IMG/VR virus record: IMGVR_UViG_3300017832_000040
Location: 2,447 to 66,446 of that record
Strand: one strand, 5' to 3'
Length of the DNA: 64,000 bases
From: a virus
In this document: piece after piece, positions 57,886 to 64,000 of the stretch
How positions within the stretch are numbered: position 1 is the stretch's first letter
How the letters are laid out: each line of letters opens with the position of its first letter
Position numbers and translations under genes: made by a program
The notes under the pieces: generated by a model
What the model was told of the DNA's origin: nothing
Databases searched by the model: none
The model's input: only the letters and a program-made list of their open reading frames with translations

Positions 57886-58006
57886 CGGAGCACCATTCCT
57901 TCTTGCTCGGGTGCGCTGGAAACGCCCAGCTCCGCATTGCAATTAATTGCATTGCCCGCTTGCCGGGTCAACGAAAGCTAGAGGCGGTGGATTACAGGAG
58001 ACACCA

Positions 58007-58471
58007 TTAGGGTCCGGGGTTGGGATTTCTCGGGTCGAGATGATGGTGCCGGTATTGCACTTCGACCCAGAGCACGCCCATCACCGTCTTGTCCCCGTAG
58101 GTGGTCATGTCAATTTCGTTGTCCTGGAACTTGGTCTCCACCGCGAGACCGCCCCAGTCCCTGTTGGCGATCACAACACGCTCGATGACAGTGAGCACCT
58201 GCTCGGCCAACTGACCTGGCGCGGGGTCATCGCGGTTCACGGTCACCCGGAACTCGATTGCGACCCGCAGATTGCGCACGATGAAAGGAAAAGTGTCCGA
58301 GTATTTCTCGGGTCCTGGTACGATACCGATCGAGAACCGCTTGCGGTGGTTTTCGTCCGCGAGCGGCCCGAGCTCGACCATGGAGAACTGGATCGGCCAT
58401 TCAGGCTCTTTTACGCCCTGAAAGACTTCGACCATGCGGTCGAGGATCTGGTGCCGGATGCTTTGCGTCAC
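58007..58471 (-). CDS. tail terminator protein (putative)
   Basis: IRHQILD...WGGLA...VQYRH; position. Confidence 0.65.
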   Translation of the reverse strand: MTQSIRHQILDRMVEVFQGVKEPEWPIQFSMVELGPLADENHRKRFSIGIVPGPEKYSDTFPFIVRNLRVAIEFRVTVNRDDPAPGQLAEQVLTVIERVVIANRDWGGLAVETKFQDNEIDMTTYGDKTVMGVLWVEVQYRHHHLDPRNPNPGP

Positions 58472-59112
58472 AGCATGATCTCCCTAAGCATGGCGTCCAT
58501 GGCGCGAGACAAAAATCTCGGGACGCCGCTTTGCACCGTCTCACGGAGACCCAGCCGGGGCGGGATCGTCACACTGCTTTTCAGTAAATAAAGCGGTATG
58601 ACCTGCGATCCCCTGCGCTGGAAAATGATGAGGTTGCCGGCCTCAGTTTTAGCAACAAACGTGTTTTTCCATTGCCTGGCGCTTTTCCTTTTCGGAGTAC
58701 CCTTCTTTGTCAGCGCGGCCGGCAGGGGGACAGTAAGATACTTCACGTTCTTCGGTTTGATTGTCGCTCCGAACTCGTGAACGATGCCTGGGAAGTCTAC
58801 GGAGATGTAGCCCTGCAACGACCGGAAGGTGTTACCCTTGACCTGAATACTCCGGCCAATGGACTCGATGAGCTTGCCGCTGCGCTTGGAGAGGGTTTTG
58901 TCAGTCGTGCCGCCAGGCCAGCGTTTTCCGTGACGCTTGCGCATCTCGGCGGCCACCTCTTCGAGGTATTGGCGGAGCTCCTTGCTGACGACCTTGACAG
59001 TCCCGTCCCAATTCTTGTTGAGCCGCTTGGCAGTCTCCTCCAGAGCCTTGCGAGCATTCCAGTAACGCCGGCCCCGGTATTCGACGCGGACGGTATATTC
59101 GGTCCCGGCCAT
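58468..59112 (-). CDS. tail completion/neck protein (HK97 gp10-like)
   Basis: RSGKL..SI...HEFG.TI.PK...VTIPPR. Confidence 0.7.
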   Translation of the reverse strand: MAGTEYTVRVEYRGRRYWNARKALEETAKRLNKNWDGTVKVVSKELRQYLEEVAAEMRKRHGKRWPGGTTDKTLSKRSGKLIESIGRSIQVKGNTFRSLQGYISVDFPGIVHEFGATIKPKNVKYLTVPLPAALTKKGTPKRKSARQWKNTFVAKTEAGNLIIFQRRGSQVIPLYLLKSSVTIPPRLGLRETVQSGVPRFLSRAMDAMLREIML

Positions 59113-59119
59113 TTACACC

Positions 59120-59728
59120 TCACAGAGGCAAGAGAGCCGTAGGTGCGTAGCGAATGTGTTTGTTGATGAGCGCGGTGTATTGTGCCTCAAGCACCTTCTT
59201 GTCGAGGTTGATCCCAGCCTCGGTCAGGGCGGGGTTGCCGGCGAGATGCAAGAGGCATTTGAGCTTCGCAGCCTCCTGAAGCCAGCTCGGCACTTGCGAT
59301 AGGTTGTAGGATTGATCGTTGTCTGGATCGACCTCGAAGCCGGACTGGTAGTGGAAGGTGACGTACTGATTGTCGAAGTGCGTCGTCCAGTCACGAGCCA
59401 CACCCTTCTCATGGTCCACCTTCATGACCGAGGAGAGGTCAGTGTCGGATGGACTGAGCGAGGCGATGGGGCTGGCTGAAATGGATGGAGCCGAAGCCAG
59501 AAGACCCCGGCTCAATCGAAATTCTGTTCTGACGTGGCCGCCCTGTCGAAAACCTGGGGCCGGGACCCAGAACGTGTCGGTGACCTCGCTCCGTTCAAAG
59601 GACGTGTCGAGAATAGCCGCGAGCTGCGGTTCGGCAGCGTGCAACGCCATCTCGATCGCAGAATTGATGTCGGTCATGTCATCAAAGCCAAGGCTCTCGC
59701 GGATGCCTTGAACGGAAGCGAGGAGCAT
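59120..59728 (-). CDS. head-tail adaptor
   Basis: LASV...YQSGF...VPSWLQEA; position. Confidence 0.65.
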   Translation of the reverse strand: MLLASVQGIRESLGFDDMTDINSAIEMALHAAEPQLAAILDTSFERSEVTDTFWVPAPGFRQGGHVRTEFRLSRGLLASAPSISASPIASLSPSDTDLSSVMKVDHEKGVARDWTTHFDNQYVTFHYQSGFEVDPDNDQSYNLSQVPSWLQEAAKLKCLLHLAGNPALTEAGINLDKKVLEAQYTALINKHIRYAPTALLPL

Positions 59729-60271
59729 TTAGACCTCCACAGCACCGGACGTCGACGGGTCCTTTTCCTCGGTCTCATTCTTCTTTTTGGAGATGATCTT
59801 CACACCGCCCTTGCGCTGGCCCTTGTCCTCGCCCTCGTCGAGCTTGCCGGGCATGGTGCCCATGATCGCGTGATCCCGGTCATCGGCCGAAATGTCGTAC
59901 CCGAGGATCTTCTCCAGGGCGACGACCTGCGGCTTACCGGTGGCGGTGAAATTGCTTTCATCATCCGGGTCCAGCTGATCGGCTGCCTCGCGGATCGCCG
60001 CGTAAAGCTCTTCCTTGGTCGCCGGCTTCACCGGTTTGCCGTCGTTGAGCTCCTTCTCTGGCGCCTCGGGAGAAGTGTCATTCTGGGCTTCGCGAACGGC
60101 CTCGGCCCTGGCGGCAGCCTCTACGGCCTCAAGCAGGCCCTTGACCTCGAACCTCGGATTTCCATGGAGCGCACGGGCTGTCGCCAGATCGACGTCAACT
60201 TCGACGCCACGCTCGAATACACGCCCCATCGTGCTGAGGCGGAAAGGCTTCAACAGTTTGACTGTCGGCAT
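59729..60271 (-). CDS. head-associated hypothetical protein
   Basis: Follows the capsid gene; FTATGKP...LGYDISADDRD. Confidence 0.65.
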   Translation of the reverse strand: MPTVKLLKPFRLSTMGRVFERGVEVDVDLATARALHGNPRFEVKGLLEAVEAAARAEAVREAQNDTSPEAPEKELNDGKPVKPATKEELYAAIREAADQLDPDDESNFTATGKPQVVALEKILGYDISADDRDHAIMGTMPGKLDEGEDKGQRKGGVKIISKKKNETEEKDPSTSGAVEV

Positions 60272-60288
60272 AACGCTCTCCTAGCTCC

Positions 60289-60329
60289 CAAAAAAGAACG
60301 GAGCCAGAGTATTTCATCCAGCTCCGTTT
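60289..60329 (-). terminator. terminator after the major capsid gene
   Basis: AACGGAGC...GCTCCGTT then CTTTTTT. Confidence 0.7.
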
Positions 60330-60351
60330 TGCAATTAATTGCAGCTCCAGG

Positions 60352-61329
60352 TCATGACTGGCCGATGTTCTCGTAGACCACCAGAGCCTCTGGCTCCTCG
60401 ATCTGGAAGTCGATGCGGCAGGTGAGCACGATGATGTAGACGCGGGCCGTGATGTCCTTGTCGAACTCCATCGACACCTGGCGCTGGATGCCGAAGATCA
60501 GGTTGAGCGGATCGGTGTAGAGACCCTTGTCCTCCGGCATGAGAGCCACACCCTGCACGGGCGAGCCGTAAGCGAAGGTCGGGCTGGTGCCCTGGGTCAT
60601 CTGGTCACCGAGAGCCGTCGCGCGGTCGGCCAGCGTATCCCGGTACTCCGTCTCGTTATTCACGGACACGAAGTGGGTCAGCGAAGCCTTGTTGCGCTGA
60701 TACTGGCTCGGCATCGTCTTGAGACCTTTCTTGAAGATCTCCTTCGAGATGCTTTCGCCTTCAGCGTCAGCGACGTTACCGTCCTCCGAGCCCCGCTTCA
60801 GCCAGCCGTCGAGCTGGGACAGATAGTCCTCGTCGTCCGAGTCTAGGGCATTGGTGTACTCGGTGTCAGCCAGGAGGGCCAGCTCCTCCATGTCGAGCGC
60901 GGCGCGCTCAGCGATCAGGTCGATGATCGTCTGGCGGAGCCCACCGGGTCCGGTGTTGGCCGCTTCGTTGTTGGCCGCCATCGCCCGCTCGATGTTGTCT
61001 TCGAGAACATCGTAGGGCAACCGGACCTCAGCGATCTGCTCTTTGGTATCGAGCTCGATCTGCTCGGTCGTCGGCTTGGAACGCTGCTGTTCGGTCAGAG
61101 CGACACCGGAAGTCGCCTTGCGGAGGATGCGGGAGCCGAAGCCGATCTTGTTGATCTTGCGCTTTGGAGCCAGCATCTCAACGACACGGCACTGCCGGAT
61201 GAGCGTCGGCTGCTTGATGAGCTTGCGGATGAAAGCCGCACCTTGCTCGGGGCTTAGCTCACCGCCATTAGCGCGCAGGTCCTCGATCGCGAGATCGGCC
61301 TTGCGGAGTAGGCTGCTGTTTGTGGTCAT
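60352..61329 (-). CDS. major capsid protein
   Basis: GELSPEQ...LEDNIE...ALDMEEL...DGWLK...NLIFGIQR. Confidence 0.88.
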   Translation of the reverse strand: MTTNSSLLRKADLAIEDLRANGGELSPEQGAAFIRKLIKQPTLIRQCRVVEMLAPKRKINKIGFGSRILRKATSGVALTEQQRSKPTTEQIELDTKEQIAEVRLPYDVLEDNIERAMAANNEAANTGPGGLRQTIIDLIAERAALDMEELALLADTEYTNALDSDDEDYLSQLDGWLKRGSEDGNVADAEGESISKEIFKKGLKTMPSQYQRNKASLTHFVSVNNETEYRDTLADRATALGDQMTQGTSPTFAYGSPVQGVALMPEDKGLYTDPLNLIFGIQRQVSMEFDKDITARVYIIVLTCRIDFQIEEPEALVVYENIGQS

Positions 61330-61374
61330 CGTTCACTTCCTTCTCAATTCAGAAAAGCGGTCTGATCTCCGCAC

Positions 61375-62865
61375 TCACGCGACTTCGCGTCGGGAGTAGG
61401 CGGTGTCCAGTAGAGGCGGAGGCGTCGGCTCGGATTTCGCAACCGAGGTCCGATCACCGCCCGCGTCGTTGAACACGACTCCGTGCAACGCCTCGTCGGC
61501 CTTGCGAGCCACAGTGGCCACTTGGTCAACGCGTGCGCTCAGCTCACTCACTTCCTTCTTGACCTCTTGAACGATCTCATCGACCGACTTCTTAAGGTCC
61601 GCGAGAGCGGTCAGAATGTCGGCAGACTTGGTCACGTCCTTGAGATCCTTCTCCTGGCCGGCAGCCTGCATGGCTCCCGCGCCGGATTCGTTGTCGGCAA
61701 GTTTGTTGCCCTTGCCCTTCTTGCCGATGTCGGCGTCACCTTCTTTGCGCACACCTCCGAGACGGCTCAGGCCGGAGTCCCCATCAGGGATCGAGCTCCC
61801 GTCGGTTCCGCCGTTCTGGCGCATCTTCTTGTCGTCAGCAGAAGCGCGCGCGGTGGCCGCATCGCTGTCGGTTGGCGGAGCGGCAAAGCCGTCGCCATCT
61901 CCGGGCTCATGGCTTTTGGGATCAGGCAACCCCGCCACTTCCTCTTTGACCGCCCGAGCTGGCAGATCTCCGCCTTCATTCCCGGTCGTGGACTCGCCGG
62001 GCTTGGCGTTGACGGCCGTGTTCGCGGCGTCGTCTGCCGTTGCACTCGGGTCAGTTCCTGTGCCCTTGCCGGCCTCGAACCCAGCGCCCGTACCGTTCTT
62101 GCCGGCGTCAGCCTTCTGGGTCTCCTCGACCGGTGGCTCATCTCCGAGAGGTGTGGTCTCGCCTTCCTTTTTGGCGGCCTCCTTCTCGGCCTCTTCGTCC
62201 TTGTCCTTCTTGTCTCCCGCCTTGGCGAGCTCGGCAAACGCGAGGTCAACCTTGAAGGCTTGAACCGGAACCTGTCCGAGCAGGTTCGTCATGTACGTCT
62301 TGAAGGCTTCGATCGCTTCACCGACCTGCTGGGAGGCTTCGCTGGGCGATCCCGCCTTGTAGAGGATATTGTAGATCGTGGTCCCGAGAGCTTCCTTGGC
62401 CACGCACATTGACGGATAGACGCCTTCCGTCGCCATCACGACGTTGAAGTCGGTCGAGCTGTAGGCGTAGCTGTCGAAAGCCTTTTTCATGTTGGAGATG
62501 ACGAGACCAACCTCGTCGGAAACCTTGAGAACGATCGTCCCTTCGGCCTTCTCGGCATCCGCCTTGGCAACCGTGACAACGTCGTCTTTCTCGGTCTTCA
62601 CGAACTCCTTGGGATCGAGCCCGGCCGACTTGAAGATGGCGGCGATCTTGTTCAGATCAGCGCCCTTCTGAATGACGGCTGCGACGACTTCGGGCTTGGG
62701 GTCGGCCTTTTTGAAAAGGGTGCGACCGATCTTGTGCAGGTCCAGCATCTCGGTGTCCTCTTTCGTAATTCTGAACGGGATGCGGTTCGCCCCCCGCTTT
62801 ACAAGCGAGACAAAATTCACGTTCGTGTCGACGAGCTCGTGGGCCTTAATTCGCAATTTGGGCAT
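61375..62865 (-). CDS. scaffold-like head protein
   Basis: VSLVKRGANR N-terminus, long low-complexity region, C-terminal coiled coil; lies between protease and capsid. Confidence 0.65.
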   Translation of the reverse strand: MPKLRIKAHELVDTNVNFVSLVKRGANRIPFRITKEDTEMLDLHKIGRTLFKKADPKPEVVAAVIQKGADLNKIAAIFKSAGLDPKEFVKTEKDDVVTVAKADAEKAEGTIVLKVSDEVGLVISNMKKAFDSYAYSSTDFNVVMATEGVYPSMCVAKEALGTTIYNILYKAGSPSEASQQVGEAIEAFKTYMTNLLGQVPVQAFKVDLAFAELAKAGDKKDKDEEAEKEAAKKEGETTPLGDEPPVEETQKADAGKNGTGAGFEAGKGTGTDPSATADDAANTAVNAKPGESTTGNEGGDLPARAVKEEVAGLPDPKSHEPGDGDGFAAPPTDSDAATARASADDKKMRQNGGTDGSSIPDGDSGLSRLGGVRKEGDADIGKKGKGNKLADNESGAGAMQAAGQEKDLKDVTKSADILTALADLKKSVDEIVQEVKKEVSELSARVDQVATVARKADEALHGVVFNDAGGDRTSVAKSEPTPPPLLDTAYSRREVA

Positions 62866-63526
62866 TCAGTACACCCTCCACGAAAGAGAACCGGTGGGCA
62901 TGGCCATCGGTGTCTTCCGTAACAGTCCCGCGCAGAATTTTATGCACGTGCCCGTCAGGACCCGGCCCGGTCAGGCCACCCAGAAAATTCCCGTCTCTGT
63001 CGTATTTGACAAAGAACGTGTGCTTGTGGCCCAGAACCTCATCGGTTTCCCCTTCGATGACTTCTGGCATCTCGATTTCAAGGACGCTTTCGACACGGAC
63101 CCCCACGCCATCGAACGAGAAACCGTTGAGTTCGCCTGACTTCACCAAAGCCCAGATTTCGGGATCGGGGACTTTGACCCCCAGTACCCAGCTGCCTGGG
63201 ATGAAAACGGTGTCGTCATCACGGGCGATGAAGCTCTCGACGACGTAGCAGCCGGACTCCTCCTGCGAGTGGTTCAGGTCGATCTTGTTGACCAGGCCCT
63301 TTCTCATGAACTCGTATGCCATCTGCTGAATGGACTCACGGGTCATGAAATCTCCCTGGCTGTCAGGGAAACCGGGGGCGTACACCTCGCCAAAGACGAT
63401 TTGCTGCTCGTCATCGGTCTTCTTGATCGAGACGCTATGGGTGTCGTTGGAGACAACAGACGGCACAAAGGGGCCGGAAGCAAAAGCCTCCACCGCTTCG
63501 TTCCCACCTGTCGCTTCCTTAAACAC
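62846..63526 (-). CDS. XkdF-like prohead protease (start uncertain)
   Basis: QIVFGEVYAP...DSQGD...H...VVESFIA...GSW...KSGELNGFS. Confidence 0.85.
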   Translation of the reverse strand: MFKEATGGNEAVEAFASGPFVPSVVSNDTHSVSIKKTDDEQQIVFGEVYAPGFPDSQGDFMTRESIQQMAYEFMRKGLVNKIDLNHSQEESGCYVVESFIARDDDTVFIPGSWVLGVKVPDPEIWALVKSGELNGFSFDGVGVRVESVLEIEMPEVIEGETDEVLGHKHTFFVKYDRDGNFLGGLTGPGPDGHVHKILRGTVTEDTDGHAHRFSFVEGVLNAQIAN

Positions 63527-63646
63527 CGCTCCGCCTCGGGGTGATGCCAGTTTGGTGGCGTGAGAATACAAATGCTCGGAGAAGGCTCAAGTCGAAAATG
63601 CAATTAATTGCATCGCGCGGGCTATGAAATGCGCCACGGGGGACGG

Positions 63647-64000
63647 TCAGGGATTGTCCCCGGATGTCCCGTCTTCCTCGTCGAGAAGTTCTTCGACGGC
63701 TGCCGCCCCGCCTGCGAGGAAGGCAAGCAGGAGGATTTGCTGCCGCTCCTGATCGTCAATCTCCTTGATGCGATCCCGCAATTCGCCCGGTGGCACGATG
63801 TCGAGCGAAAGCCGGGTGCTCGTTACAGGCGCGAGCCTGCGGGCAATCAGCAACTCACCGAGCGGGATTTCCTCCGTTACGGTGCCCACAAGCACGAGCA
63901 CGCCCCGGCAGTTGGGATGGAAGGGCGGAGATCCGAAACCTGCCGCCTGCAATTCCTCCCGGCTCATCGCATTGAGGGATTGAAGGCCCTTCAACGTCTG
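63647..64000 (-). CDS. head morphogenesis protein (Mu gpF/SPP1 gp7-like), partial
   Basis: PPFHPNCRGVL motif. Confidence 0.7.
   Translation of the reverse strand, partial: QTLKGLQSLNAMSREELQAAGFGSPPFHPNCRGVLVLVGTVTEEIPLGELLIARRLAPVTSTRLSLDIVPPGELRDRIKEIDDQERQQILLLAFLAGGAAAVEELLDEEDGTSGDNP

Larger units (their letters stand above)
890..63612. promoter_or_regulatory. dispersed 14-bp palindrome TGCAATTAATTGCA (about 43 copies)
   Basis: 14-mer starts with an exact GCAATTAATTGC core: 890, 3079, 4099, 7437, 7657, 7986, 8584, 10036, 11404, 13761, 15340, 16647, 25257, 26305, 27313, 30454, 32311, 35982, 47613, 54155, 57938, 60330, 63599. Variants: 2584, 6615, 6697, 8437, 9449, 10924, 11954, 12156, 12837, 13023, 14632, 20214, 22045, 22921, 28375, 36240, 39759, 47010, 51522, 54411. 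Confidence 0.95.

Noticed and set aside
890..63612. Palindrome as a terminator hairpin or as a host Fur/Mur or NtrC box
   Set aside because: The stem is too short and AT-rich, with no consistent U-tract. As I recall, those host boxes have different half-site spacing (TGCAA-N5-TTGCA, TGCA-N7-TGCA) and tolerate variable centres, whereas this centre is strongly conserved. A host factor is not formally excluded.
1..64000. Integrase, CI repressor, tRNA, DNA polymerase, terminase, portal
   Set aside because: None recognised. Terminase and portal probably lie beyond 64000, so lifestyle cannot be decided from this window.

Overview
Most of the genome of a tailed (siphovirus-type) phage, probably infecting Alphaproteobacteria (GcrA homolog, GTA-like DUF2460/DUF2163/NlpC/large tail-tip module). 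Essentially all real genes are on the minus strand. Reading 64000->1: head genes (gpF-like fragment, XkdF-like protease, scaffold-like protein, major capsid), neck and tail genes (with a -1 frameshift chaperone and a tape measure carrying an amidase domain), adsorption proteins, a lysis cassette, a lambda-like initiator with iterons plus DnaC-like loader, DnaB, RNase H, primase, SSB, SF2 helicase, RecA, resolvases and a Cas4-like nuclease, then about 15 kb of small accessory and early genes. The most striking signal is a 14-bp palindrome TGCAATTAATTGCA, found by eye about 43 times (23 exact GCAATTAATTGC cores), both between and inside genes. It sits at roughly helically phased distances from a recurring TTGnnn-N16-YAnnnT promoter. 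Three dispersed paralogous putative DNA-binding proteins (GWxKL family) and an RHH protein are candidate binders. A ~3 kb cluster of promoter/leader/gene modules (about 6.0-9.0 kb) is bracketed by two related repeat-rich non-coding elements and may be a long terminal repeat. Four genes carry single nonsense or frameshift lesions. No integrase, DNA polymerase, terminase, tRNA or CRISPR array was recognised. All family calls are from motif recognition without database searches, and counts and coordinates are manual.
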